Below, one piece after another: positions 1 to 9,290 of a stretch of DNA of 32,000 nucleotides. Source of the stretch: a cyanobacterium endosymbiont of Braarudosphaera bigelowii (lineage in GTDB: Bacteria; Cyanobacteriota; Cyanobacteriia; Cyanobacteriales; Microcystaceae); assembly GCF_020885515.1 (NCBI RefSeq), contig NZ_AP024987.1:210001-242000 (forward strand), written 5' to 3'. The position numbers and the translations under genes are program-made. Position 1 is the first letter of the stretch, and each line of letters opens with the position of its first letter. The notes under the pieces are model-generated. The model did not search any database and had not been told where the DNA came from. It saw only the letters and a list, made by a program, of their open reading frames with translations.

Positions 1-283
1 ATACTTATAACAATACTTTAAATAACTTAACTAGAATCTAAAGATACTTTAGATGTATACTTAGGTATGGACGTTATCTAATTCGCCAATTTTAATAAAT
101 TATTAGCTTTTAAGTTTAAACAAAAATCTTTTGAGAAACTAGATAGGGCTAACTTATAAAAATCGAATTAAAGAAAACGATATATTCAAAGATCAAATAA
201 AAATTTTGATTAAATTAATGAGTAAATAGTAGGTAAAATGCCTCACCATGACAAAGGGGAACCATAAAGGAGTTGACTTATAA

Positions 284-826
284 ATGTTAGTACATACCCT
301 ATCTGTTACTGCAGGACTTGCAAGTCTATTTCTTTACTTATCAGCATTTTTTTTTCCTAGATTACATAGAAAAGATGATTTTTTCTGGAGTGGCCTTGGA
401 CTATTTTACTCCTTATCTCTCTGGATCTGTGTAGAAGAAGTGACAGAAGGTTTATTATTAGGACAATTATGTATTTTAATTTTAGTCTTATCTTTTGGAT
501 GGCAAAATTTTCGGTTGAGAAATACAATGATTAATTTAGAGCATCAAACAAACTTTACTGAGTTTTCTTTTCTAGGCTGGATTCAACATCTTTTAAAAAG
601 ACAGTCTTTTTTTTCTACAGTTTCATCTAATAAGAATAAAAAACCTGGTTTTAACTATCGTAAAAAAGAATTGAATTTAGAGAAAAAAAATACTATAGAA
701 AATGAAGATATCGGTATTTCTAAGGAGACACAAAATAAAATTCTCTTAGATTTAGATGAGGAAAAAATATCTAATACAGAAAATAAAAGCTTTTCGTTTA
801 AATCTCTTTTTCCATTTAGTAAATGA
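284..826 (+). CDS. ycf66: Ycf66-family small membrane protein (hydrophobic N-terminal domain plus Lys/Asn/Glu-rich tail); the frame ends at a TGA but stays open downstream
   Basis: ORF 284-826 has AAGGAG at 267-272, 11 nt upstream of the ATG. The first ~80 aa are hydrophobic helices with the pattern P-R-L-x-R-x-D-D-F-F-W-S-G-L-G-L ... F-R-L-R, which I recall from Ycf66 N-terminal domains of cyanobacteria and plastids. The rest is low-complexity K/N/E sequence. Family assignment is from memory, not searched. Confidence 0.55.
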   Translation: MLVHTLSVTAGLASLFLYLSAFFFPRLHRKDDFFWSGLGLFYSLSLWICVEEVTEGLLLGQLCILILVLSFGWQNFRLRNTMINLEHQTNFTEFSFLGWIQHLLKRQSFFSTVSSNKNKKPGFNYRKKELNLEKKNTIENEDIGISKETQNKILLDLDEEKISNTENKSFSFKSLFPFSK

Positions 827-1178
827 AGTTTACAACTTGCTCCTAAAATATCAGAACATAACATAAATAAGAAATTATTAGATTCTCAGAATACAGATTT
901 TGAGTCGAATAAGAAGTTTAAATATCCTAAAATTCAAATTATCGAAAACCAAGAAAAGGTTATCAATTATGATGAAAATTTTATAGATAAAACTAAAAAA
1001 GAGCAATCCTAATAAAATTAGGAAATAAGAATATTATCAACACCTATAAAAAATATTCGATTTCTAAACAGCCTATTTTTTCTTTTTTATTTATATTTTA
1101 AAACCATTTTAATTTTTGTGTTTTCTTAATGTTTAAAAAATATGATTGATAATATTTGAGATATATTTCACACTAATT

Positions 1179-2228
1179 TTAATCTTGTTTAACGATAGAA
1201 ACCCAAGGATCCAAAATATCTTTAAATAAGATCTCTTCAACCCATGTTTTAGCAACTACTGCCAAAGGGAGAGCTAATAATAAACCTAATACACCAAAAA
1301 ATTGAGCAAAAAATATTTGTACTACTAAAGTAACAACGGGAAGCAATGATACCTGCTTAGCCATTACTAAGGGAGTTAACCAATAGCTTTCAACATTTTG
1401 AATAATAATATACCAAAGAATAATTGCTCCTATTTTCCATGGTTCATCTAGTAGTGCTACCATTAATGGAAAAATTACACTTGTAACTGGACCAATATTA
1501 GGAATAAAGTTAAGTAGTCCTGCTAGTAATGCATGAACTAATACTAATCTAATTTGTAAAAACCATAGTCCTAATCCACTTAGTGTTCCAATAAATAAAC
1601 AATTTACAATGATCCCTATTAACCAATTTCCTAAAGCATTTTCGGAAAGTGTCAAAATTTCATCTCCACGTTGTCGATAAAATGATGGAAAAAGCTTTAA
1701 GAATATACAACGGTATCTATGAGGATTTAAAATCATCATTATAGTTAATATAAAAATAAAAATAAGTTGTAAGATAATCGTCAAAGAATTAGAAAAAATT
1801 GTAAAAAAGTTTGAAAAAATATCTGTAAATAAAGGCTGTAACTGAGAAAATAAGTCATCTAGAGAAGGAGGTGATGGCATTAAAGATAGATAACCTTGAT
1901 TCTCTAAGAGTAAAATTAAATAACTGCGTAGTTTTTCTCCAATATTAGGTAATAAACTTAGCAATTTTTGAAATTGATCGAAAAAGGGAGGAACTATTAA
2001 CCAGCTAAATAAAATACTGGATATGGTGATTATAAAAATAATAATTAAAATTCCTAAAACTCTTGGAATTCTGATTTTTTCTAGCAATTTAATCAATCTA
2101 TTTATAGCTGTAGCAAAAATAACAGCTGTAAATATTAACAACAACATATGTTTGATTTCCCATAAAATGTAACAAGAAATAACTAAACTGAATAACCCTA
2201 TCCATTTACCAATATTCATGAAAATCAA
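1179..2228 (-). CDS. AI-2E family transporter (PerM/UPF0118-type permease)
   Basis: 349-aa polytopic membrane protein. The C-terminal half carries the AI-2E family hallmark stretch (LLNFIPNIGPVTSVIFP ... WYIIIQNVESYWLTPLVM ... LLALPLAVV). The start could be the internal Met at codon 4. Confidence 0.85.
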   Translation of the reverse strand: MIFMNIGKWIGLFSLVISCYILWEIKHMLLLIFTAVIFATAINRLIKLLEKIRIPRVLGILIIIFIITISSILFSWLIVPPFFDQFQKLLSLLPNIGEKLRSYLILLLENQGYLSLMPSPPSLDDLFSQLQPLFTDIFSNFFTIFSNSLTIILQLIFIFILTIMMILNPHRYRCIFLKLFPSFYRQRGDEILTLSENALGNWLIGIIVNCLFIGTLSGLGLWFLQIRLVLVHALLAGLLNFIPNIGPVTSVIFPLMVALLDEPWKIGAIILWYIIIQNVESYWLTPLVMAKQVSLLPVVTLVVQIFFAQFFGVLGLLLALPLAVVAKTWVEEILFKDILDPWVSIVKQD

Positions 2229-2790
2229 ATGTAATTTTTCTATCTAAAATAATGTTTTTTAATAATTATATATATTTATTACTTTAATCATTATAGGTTT
2301 CATATAGATAAAGTTATATATTGTACATAATAAAAATAATATTAGTTTTTAAGTAGTTTTTTAACTCACTAAAAATTATAAAACTAATCAAAACTTGTAT
2401 AAGTTGTATATGTATATGTTTTATGTACTAAATAGCTTCTATAAAATATTGAGTTATTTTCTGACTAAATATTTTTATGAAAGTTATCTGTTAAGGTCTG
2501 ATAAATTTATGATTATATTTTCATTTATTTAAAAATCTAGATGTTATACAAATTATTTATTAATCATAATTTATTGCCGAGATATATTTTAAGTTGATAA
2601 GATTTATTGAACATAATATTGTTATCATAACCATACATTTAATATACAATTCTTGAGATAGTTTTAATAAACTCAGGCTATTTTAAACATCAATAAGCAA
2701 TAATTGCGATACACTATCCTGAGTGTACAAAAAATAATGAGACATAGCTTTATAGAAACAATTAACATTAACTATTATAAAAAAACGTTT

Positions 2791-3525
2791 ATGATTGATA
2801 TTAAAGCTGTAATTTTGGCAGGTGGATATGGAACCAGAATTAAACACTTAATTTCTGATATTCCCAAGCCAATGTTTCGAGTCGCGGATAGGCCATTCAT
2901 AGAGTGGATTATTTTTCATATTAGACAACAAGGCATTAATAAGGGCATTATATCAACTGGTTATTTAGGAGAGGTTATCGAGGAATATTTTAATAAATGT
3001 AAAATAAGCGGAATCAATATCAATTGCTGTCAGGAGAAAACACGATTAGGAACAGCAGGAGGTTTTATACATGCCGTTAAACAAAGTAATTTACATCCTG
3101 AAGCATGGTTAGTCATGAATGGTGATTCTCTAGTAGCAAATAATTTTGAAAAGTTAGTTAGCTATTTAGACGATCAAGAAGTAGGATGTGTCATATTAGG
3201 AATATCTGTAGATGACACTTCTCGCTATGGCTCTCTGGTTTGTGATAATTCGAATAATCTACTTCATTTCTCGGAGAAAGAACATGGTCAGGGATGTATT
3301 AATGGTGGAATATATATATTTCGTCATAGAATCTTAGAATATTTTCCTTCAAAATATCCTCTTAGCTTTGAGTATGATGTTTTTCCAACATTATTACAAC
3401 AAAATATTAAAATTAAAGTTTGTGAGGTTCAATCTCCATTTTTAGATATTGGAACTCCAGAAACTTTAACACAAGCTGAAAAATTTATTAAAGAAAACTT
3501 TACTAATTTAATTAAACCATGCTGA
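2791..3525 (+). CDS. sugar-1-phosphate nucleotidyltransferase (HddC/GCD1-like)
   Basis: AVILAGGYGTRIKHLISDIPKPMF is the G-x-G-T-R ... P-K signature of sugar-phosphate nucleotidyltransferases, and the ~245-aa size fits. I chose ATG 2791 because family members start a few residues before this motif. The ORF-track start at 2704 is a TTG adding 29 AT-driven codons. The stop overlaps the next gene's start. Confidence 0.8.
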   Translation: MIDIKAVILAGGYGTRIKHLISDIPKPMFRVADRPFIEWIIFHIRQQGINKGIISTGYLGEVIEEYFNKCKISGININCCQEKTRLGTAGGFIHAVKQSNLHPEAWLVMNGDSLVANNFEKLVSYLDDQEVGCVILGISVDDTSRYGSLVCDNSNNLLHFSEKEHGQGCINGGIYIFRHRILEYFPSKYPLSFEYDVFPTLLQQNIKIKVCEVQSPFLDIGTPETLTQAEKFIKENFTNLIKPC

Positions 3526-4499
3526 TTGCACGTGCCCCTGTTAGAATAAGCTTTTTTGGAGGAGGAACAGATTATCCTGAACATTTTCTTCGCCATGGAG
3601 GAGCTGTTTTATCAACAGCAATTGATAAATTTTCATATGTAACTGCAAGTCCTTTTCCCAGTCATCTTTTTGATTATTTGGTTCGCATATCCTATCGTAA
3701 AGTTGAGTTGGTTAAAACAATTGATGATGTCGAACATAAAGTATTCCGCGAATGCTTAAAATTTTGCAATTTGGAGAAGGATATTGAATTACATAATGTA
3801 GCAGACTTACCTGCTTTTACAGGACTTGGCTCATCGTCAGCTTTTACTGTATCTTTATTGCAAGCGTTGCATAATTTTAAGGGAGAATTTATTAAACCTT
3901 TAGATCTAGCTTATGAAGCAATTTATGTAGAACGTCATTTAGTCAAAGATAATGTAGGATGTCAAGATCAATTAATGTCTGCAGTAGGGGGATTTAATCT
4001 AGTAGAATTTAGAACAGAAGAAAATATCATTGTTAACCGAGTAGATATTTCTCCTCAAAGATTAGCTGAATTTGAGTCTCATATTTTTATTGTATTTACT
4101 GGTATTAAAAGACGTGCTTCTCAAGTAGTAGAGAAACAACTTAGGCGAGTAGAAGATAATCTCGAAACTCTTAAGAAGATGCGTAAAATGGTTGATCAAG
4201 GCTGGGACATTCTTACTAGTAATGAGTCATTTTCAAAATTTGGTGAATTGTTACATGATGCTTGGATAGCTAAAAGAAGTTTAGATCAGGGTATTTCGAA
4301 TCCAGAAATAGATTATCTGTATGAACTTGGACGGGAAAATGGAGCTTGGGGCGGTAAACTCCTAGGGGCAGGAGCAGGTGGGTTCCTATTGTTTTTTGCA
4401 TCACCTGAAGTTCATCCGAAACTAGAGCAAGTTTTCAAAAATCATCAGATACTTTCTGTTAAAATCAATTCACCAGGTTCTCAGGTTATTTTTTCATAA
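3519..4499 (+). CDS. GHMP-family sugar kinase (HddA-like D-glycero-D-manno-heptose 7-phosphate kinase type)
   Basis: The N-terminus ARAPVRISFFGGGTDYPEHF is typical of this GHMP subfamily. GHMP ATP-binding motif LPAFTGLGSSSAF and C-terminal motif LLGAGAGGFLLFF are present. The ATG at 3519 overlaps the upstream TGA (ATGCTGA, 7-nt overlap), which implies an operon with translational coupling. Confidence 0.8.
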   Translation: MLIARAPVRISFFGGGTDYPEHFLRHGGAVLSTAIDKFSYVTASPFPSHLFDYLVRISYRKVELVKTIDDVEHKVFRECLKFCNLEKDIELHNVADLPAFTGLGSSSAFTVSLLQALHNFKGEFIKPLDLAYEAIYVERHLVKDNVGCQDQLMSAVGGFNLVEFRTEENIIVNRVDISPQRLAEFESHIFIVFTGIKRRASQVVEKQLRRVEDNLETLKKMRKMVDQGWDILTSNESFSKFGELLHDAWIAKRSLDQGISNPEIDYLYELGRENGAWGGKLLGAGAGGFLLFFASPEVHPKLEQVFKNHQILSVKINSPGSQVIFS

Positions 4500-5193
4500 A
4501 TTCATAATATATTGTATGAAAAAGAAATAATTAATAGTTTTTATATGTTGTTTTAGTGGACCTTTATTAAAGGTGATTATTGATATATCTATTAGCGGCT
4601 TAAATCTAAATAAAGCTTATTCCAAACTAGAAAGAAGAACCTAAATTAAACAATTAATCTTGGTTAATAATATCTTTCTGACTATAAATTAATTTGTCAG
4701 ATAGGATAATCATTCAATTATTTTGAAATAGTCTATATTACTAATATTTGCCTACTTACTCTAATTCAAAATTAATTATTTTAAGCAATTCTGGTTCATA
4801 AAGTATTAAAAGTTATATGGTAGTCAATATTAACCTTAAAATGAGTATTGATTTATTTTTTTCTAGTATTTTCAGAAAATAAGTCTTATTCTATGAGATT
4901 TAGACACAACATAATATCAATGATATAGACATAAAATTTAGTTTTTAAAGAGTTGCAAGTAACGAAGAAGTTGTGTTTACTCTGCTTTCTATATTTATTT
5001 AATCATCTTAATCTGTAAAATTAATTAGAAATAATGATGCAGTTTGGTTAAAAATTATATGTAAATATTTCTATGAGTACATTTTAAAAATATTAGCAGA
5101 ATTTATTTTTAATAAAAAAGAAAGTAATCTTGAGAATAACTAGCATACTCATAACCATATAGAATGAAGTAATCTAAAACAATAATTAATTAT

Positions 5194-5757
5194 ATGCTTG
5201 AATTTATTAATATTCATCGTATTAAGAATTTTTTAATTGCTATCGTTGCTATTATTCTTGGAGTAACTATATTTCTTGGTTTTCAGACCCAGACAAATTC
5301 TTTTTCTTTAGAATTTCAAGCTAAGCAAGCTATTTCTATGAATGCTGCAATGATGAATAATAAACCAACAGTATTAGAGTTCTACTCTACATGGTGTACA
5401 AGTTGTAAAGCAATGTCTTCAAATTTAGCTAAATTTAAGGAAGAATATTCTAAAACTATTAATTTTGTTATGCTCAATGTAGATAACAATAAATGGTTAC
5501 CTGATATTCTTCATTATCAAATTAATGGTATTCCGTATTTTGTTTTTATGGATTATCAGAATAATATAGTTGCTCAAACAATTGGGGAACAACCTTTTGA
5601 CGTTATGAAGGCCAATTTAGAGGCTTTAGATAAAAATAAAAAATTACCTTACACCTATATAACTGGTAAAAACTCTAATTTTTCCGCTACCATACAAACT
5701 TCTTCAGATAGCCCTTTAAGTCATGGTTATAAGCCTTCAAATCAATCATTAAAATAA
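5194..5757 (+). CDS. txlA: membrane-anchored thioredoxin-like protein (TxlA type)
   Basis: One N-terminal TM helix (IKNFLIAIVAIILGVTIFLGF) is followed by a thioredoxin fold with a W-C-T-S-C redox motif (VLEFYSTWCTSCKAM). The size (~190 aa) matches cyanobacterial TxlA as I recall it. Confidence 0.7.
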   Translation: MLEFINIHRIKNFLIAIVAIILGVTIFLGFQTQTNSFSLEFQAKQAISMNAAMMNNKPTVLEFYSTWCTSCKAMSSNLAKFKEEYSKTINFVMLNVDNNKWLPDILHYQINGIPYFVFMDYQNNIVAQTIGEQPFDVMKANLEALDKNKKLPYTYITGKNSNFSATIQTSSDSPLSHGYKPSNQSLK

Positions 5758-5783
5758 TCTTTTTTTATTTTGTGCTACTATAC

Positions 5784-5971
5784 TTTTACGAACTGCTGTT
5801 TTGGTGACTGCCAAAAGAGTTTTTTGACTATGCTCTAAATTTAAGGGATTTAATTTAGATATTGTAGAAGTAAACCAAGCTTAGACTTGGAAACAGAATC
5901 GATAATCAATTAATGCCCACCTGGTTTTCCAGGTCATAAACTGAGGTAAAACGATACGGCAGTTCTTAAAA
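5784..5971. other. GC-elevated structured island in the txlA/ndhH convergent spacer (candidate small RNA or eroded gene remnant)
   Basis: By hand count, GC is ~35% over 5781-5970 versus ~15% over the adjacent 5971-6120. Local hairpins are 5799-5816, CCAAG/CTTGG (5875-5879/5886-5890) and ACCTGG-TTTT-CCAGGT (5919-5934). A long-range complement pairs GAACTGCTG (5790-5798) with CGGCAGTTC (5957-5965), extended by 5 A-T pairs. The class is not identified. Confidence 0.25.
5797..5825 (+). terminator. possible weak intrinsic terminator of txlA
   Basis: Hairpin TTTTGG(5799-5804)/CCAAAA(5811-5816) with a 6-nt loop is followed by GAG and a T6 run (5820-5825), about 40 nt after the txlA stop. The stem is short and AT-rich. 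Confidence 0.35.
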
Positions 5972-6123
5972 ACATCTGTATTATAAAAAATATAGATAAA
6001 ATGAAAATTATTTAACAAATCTAATTTAAATAATTGGAGATATTATATTATTAGCAATAATATTTTTCTTAATTTGATAAAAATAAATTAGCTTTTATAA
6101 GTTATAGACTTAGTTGTTGAAGG

Positions 6124-6175
6124 ATATATAAATCCTGTGATAGCTTTTTAAATAACCATCCCAGGATTTATATAT
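6124..6175 (-). terminator. 3' stem-loop immediately downstream of ndhH (no U-tract)
   Basis: A perfect 14-bp inverted repeat, ATATATAAATCCTG (6124-6137) / CAGGATTTATATAT (6162-6175), has a 24-nt loop. It begins 11 nt after the ndhH stop codon (6187-6189) on the minus strand. The sequence after it on the minus strand (CCTTCAACAAC) has no U-run. Confidence 0.45.
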
Positions 6176-6186
6176 ATTATTCGTAG

Positions 6187-7371
6187 TTAACGATCCACCG
6201 AACCCATAATGACATCAATACTACCTAAGATTGCCATAATATCAGCTACTTTTACTCCTTTAAGTAAATGAGGTAGAATCTGCAAATTATTGAAGTCAGG
6301 AGCACGAATTTTCCAGCGCCATGGGAAAACATCATTATTACCAATAATAAAGATTCCTAATTCTCCTTTTCCACTTTCTAGGCGAACATAATGTTCACCA
6401 GATGGAATTTTAAATGTAGGAGCAACTTTCTTGGCTATGTATTGATAGTCGAAATCGTCCCATTGAGACTTTTTCCCTTCTATCATACGCTTCGCCTCTA
6501 AATTTTCATAAGGTCCTCCTGGAATACCCTTAAGAGCTTGACAGATGATTTTAGCTGATTCACGCATTTCTTTAATACGAACAAAATAGCGAGCTAAGCA
6601 ATCTCCTTCTGTCTCCCACTGTATATCCCAGTCAAAGTCATCATAACATTCATAATGATCAACTTTTCGGAGATCCCACTTTACGCCAGAGCCACGCAGC
6701 ATAGGACCAGATAGCCCCCAGTTGATAGCTTCCTCTCGAGTAATCTTTCCTATTCCTTCTATACGACGTCGGAAAATAGGATTATTAGTAATTAACTTTT
6801 CATACTCATCCACTTTAGTTTTAAAGTGATTGCAGAAGTCCTCACACTTGTCGATCCAACCATATGGTAAATCAACTGCTACTCCTCCAATACGAAAGTA
6901 ATTATTATTAATTAATCTCATTCCCGAAGCTGCTTCCCAAAGATCGTAAATCATTTCACGTTCTCGGAAAATATAGAAAAAAGGAGTCGTTGCACCCACA
7001 TCTGCTAAGAAAGGGCCTAACCACAATAAATGGTTAGCAATACGATTCAATTCCAACATGATGACCCGAATATATTGGGCACGTTTTGGAACTTGAATAT
7101 TTGCCAGTTTTTCTGGCGCATTTACAGTAATCGCCTCATTAAACATTCCAGCCGCATAATCCCAACGACTTACATAAGGAACGTACATAATATTGGTACG
7201 ATTTTCTGCAATTTTCTCCATCCCACGGTGAAGATACCCAATAACAGGTTCACAGTCTACTACATCTTCCCCGTCTAGGGTAACGATCAGACGTAGTACC
7301 CCATGCATTGAGGGATGATGTGGCCCCATGTTTATTACCATGGGTTCGGTTCTAGTTTCGATTTTTGACAT
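6187..7371 (-). CDS. ndhH: NAD(P)H-quinone oxidoreductase (NDH-1) subunit H
   Basis: The 394-aa protein is nearly colinear with cyanobacterial NdhH as I remember it ([54 protein letters not shown] ... [14 protein letters not shown]). Confidence 0.97.
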   Translation of the reverse strand: MSKIETRTEPMVINMGPHHPSMHGVLRLIVTLDGEDVVDCEPVIGYLHRGMEKIAENRTNIMYVPYVSRWDYAAGMFNEAITVNAPEKLANIQVPKRAQYIRVIMLELNRIANHLLWLGPFLADVGATTPFFYIFREREMIYDLWEAASGMRLINNNYFRIGGVAVDLPYGWIDKCEDFCNHFKTKVDEYEKLITNNPIFRRRIEGIGKITREEAINWGLSGPMLRGSGVKWDLRKVDHYECYDDFDWDIQWETEGDCLARYFVRIKEMRESAKIICQALKGIPGGPYENLEAKRMIEGKKSQWDDFDYQYIAKKVAPTFKIPSGEHYVRLESGKGELGIFIIGNNDVFPWRWKIRAPDFNNLQILPHLLKGVKVADIMAILGSIDVIMGSVDR

Positions 7372-7710
7372 AGAGTGGCCAGTTGATCGTCATCATCTAT
7401 TCTAGAATAACAGGGCAGCTTTCACATAGCTTTACAATAAAAATTGTCTCTACAAATTAAGAATAATTTTAGTAAACAAAAGATTAGTCATGAAAACAGT
7501 AAACTAATCAAACGGTAAATTACTAGTCATTGACTATTAATCTTAGAACTATTTATATTAGTCTAGATAATTAAACGCTAATTTGAAAATCAATGTAGAT
7601 GTATCTTTTGGAAGACAATTATTAAATTACTGAAATAATATTATTGTACACTCGATATACAATAGAAATATGTTGTGGTTAGAAAATTTAAGTGACTATA
7701 ATCAAGACCA

Positions 7711-7770
7711 GATTAAGTCAAAAGTAACTTTTTTGTTTAGCTATATAAAATAACACTATTTGACTTAATC
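7711..7770. repeat. 12-bp perfect inverted repeat in the ndhH/yvcK-like divergent spacer
   Basis: GATTAAGTCAAA (7711-7722) and TTTGACTTAATC (7759-7770) are exact reverse complements separated by 36 nt. Confidence 0.4.
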
Positions 7771-7913
7771 ATAACTCTTAGTATTTTTCGAATGTTATTT
7801 AAATTTAATAATTATTTTTCATATCTTTTCAACATAATTTGAACTTTTGTGTTAACGTTCGATACATAATAATTTTCAGGTTTCTTATAATGTAAATCTG
7901 GTGATCATAACTT

Positions 7914-9290
7914 ATGCGCATCAGTCTATTAGAGCAAATATTACGTAAAATTAAGACGAAACGGCGGGATTTAATAAATATAAGTCAAAAAACTCCAAAG
8001 AAAGTCAATAGATGGATGAAATGGCTTTCTCCTGGCTTATTAATTAAGCGCTGGCTATTTATTAGTTCTACAGGTGTATTGCTAATAGTTTTGGGGTTGG
8101 CTACTTGGAGCAAGTTAACACCAGTCAACAGATTACTAGAATTAATTTCTCAACTGCTCGAAAACATTACGACTCGTGTTCCTAATTATATATCTGGTCC
8201 AGGAGCTTTTTTGTTAGGAATATTCTTACTTTTATGGGGACAAAATCGTACTTTAGTCTCTATTACTGAGGCCTTTTCTGACGGAGATCAGGAATTAGTT
8301 GATCGTCTTTTAAATCATAGGCGTTTAAATCGTGGACCAAAAATCGTAACAATTGGTGGAGGTACGGGATTATCTACTTTATTAAGAGGTTTAAAGCAGT
8401 ATAGTGCAAATATTACAGCTATTGTTACAGTAGCTGATGATGGTGGTTCTTCAGGAAGATTAAGAGAGGAGATAGGAGTTTTACCTCCTGGTGATATTCG
8501 TAATTGTATGACTGCTTTGGCTGATGAAGAAAAACTATTAACAGAATTATTTCAATATCGTTTTCAAGCAGGTGATGGTCTTACTGGTCATAGCTTTGGT
8601 AATTTATTCTTAACAGCTATGACAGCAATTACAGGAAAAGATTTTGAAAGAGCAATTGCTGCAAGTTCTAAAGTATTAGCAATACGAGGTAAAGTATTAC
8701 CAGCAACTTTAAGCGATGTTCGTTTGTGGGCAAAGTTAGATGATGGCCGTTTTATAGAAGGTGAGTCTCACATAACAGAAGCTGGTGGGAATATTATCCA
8801 GATTGGTTGCTTCCCCTCTAATCCACCTGCCCTACCTGCTGCATTACAGGCAATTAAAGAAGCAAATTACATAATAATAGGTCCTGGTAGTCTATATACT
8901 AGTGTCATCCCCAATCTTTTAGTCCCAGAAATTAGAGAAGCTTTGAAAAAAGCCAAAATTCCTCGAATCTATGTTAGTAATATTATGACTCAACCTGGCG
9001 AGACTGAAGGATACACAGTATCAGATCATATAAAAGCTATCGAGCAGGTTTGTGGGCAGAGAATATTTGATGCAGTTTTAGTACAACGTGTTCCTCCTTC
9101 TTCTCCTGCTTTAAAGCATTATGCTCTAGAAAACTGTCATCCTGTCTTACTAGATAAAGAAAGCGTAAAAGGATTAGGCTATCGTATAGTTTTAGCCAAT
9201 GTTATGGATGAAGATTCAACAACAATTAAGATTAGCCATCATCCTCAACGCTTAGCAAGAGTTTTGTTACGTTGGTATGGAAAGAATTAA
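7914..9290 (+). CDS. YvcK/CofD-family protein (UPF0052, gluconeogenesis-factor type) with an N-terminal membrane anchor
   Basis: Core motifs are [18 protein letters not shown] and [18 protein letters not shown] ... [15 protein letters not shown]. The ~120-aa N-terminal extension has two hydrophobic segments ([32 protein letters not shown]). Confidence 0.85.
   Translation: MRISLLEQILRKIKTKRRDLINISQKTPKKVNRWMKWLSPGLLIKRWLFISSTGVLLIVLGLATWSKLTPVNRLLELISQLLENITTRVPNYISGPGAFLLGIFLLLWGQNRTLVSITEAFSDGDQELVDRLLNHRRLNRGPKIVTIGGGTGLSTLLRGLKQYSANITAIVTVADDGGSSGRLREEIGVLPPGDIRNCMTALADEEKLLTELFQYRFQAGDGLTGHSFGNLFLTAMTAITGKDFERAIAASSKVLAIRGKVLPATLSDVRLWAKLDDGRFIEGESHITEAGGNIIQIGCFPSNPPALPAALQAIKEANYIIIGPGSLYTSVIPNLLVPEIREALKKAKIPRIYVSNIMTQPGETEGYTVSDHIKAIEQVCGQRIFDAVLVQRVPPSSPALKHYALENCHPVLLDKESVKGLGYRIVLANVMDEDSTTIKISHHPQRLARVLLRWYGKN

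Noticed and set aside
824-826. TGA reassigned as a sense codon, which would explain the open frame after the ycf66-like stop.
   Set aside because: The nucleotidyltransferase gene ends at a TGA (3523-3525) at its expected family length. All other conserved genes also translate to full-length proteins under the standard code. I saw no in-frame TGA inside any of them.
655-864. Antisense or overlapping ORFs from the six-frame track: 655-864(-), 7030-7278(+), 16156-16416(+), 16633-16866(+), 17266-17451(+), 18803-19039(-), 22685-22891(+), 23850-24098(+), 26673-26885(-), 27288-27563(-), 29720-29935(+), 30996-31454(+).
   Set aside because: Each lies entirely inside, and opposite to, a well-supported conserved gene. 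Each has a low-complexity, Ser/Ile/Phe/Lys-skewed translation with no recognisable motif. They are shadow ORFs of the kind expected from codon bias.
2704-2790. 29-codon N-terminal extension of the nucleotidyltransferase, starting at TTG 2704 in the ORF track.
   Set aside because: The extension is AT-driven low-information sequence (..ININYYKKTF). Family members start just before the GGxGTR motif. ATG 2791 gives the canonical N-terminus.
5784-5971. Assigning the structured island to a known RNA class (SRP/4.5S RNA, 6S RNA, tmRNA, RNase P RNA, tRNA, TPP riboswitch).
   Set aside because: CCAGGTCA (5929-5936) resembles part of SRP RNA domain IV, but the GGAA tetraloop and GGAAGCAGCC block are missing. 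The two halves do not pair into the rod-like shape of 6S RNA. No T-loop (GTTCGAATC-like) is present, nor the RNase P or tmRNA signature blocks. I leave the class unknown.
7670-7753. 27-codon ORF (MLWLENLSDYNQDQIKSKVTFLFSYIK) in the ndhH/yvcK-like spacer, plus similar ORFs of up to ~20 codons in the other long spacers.
   Set aside because: They have no ribosome-binding site, no resemblance to known small cyanobacterial proteins such as Psb, Pet, Ndh or ribosomal subunits, and a length within chance expectation.
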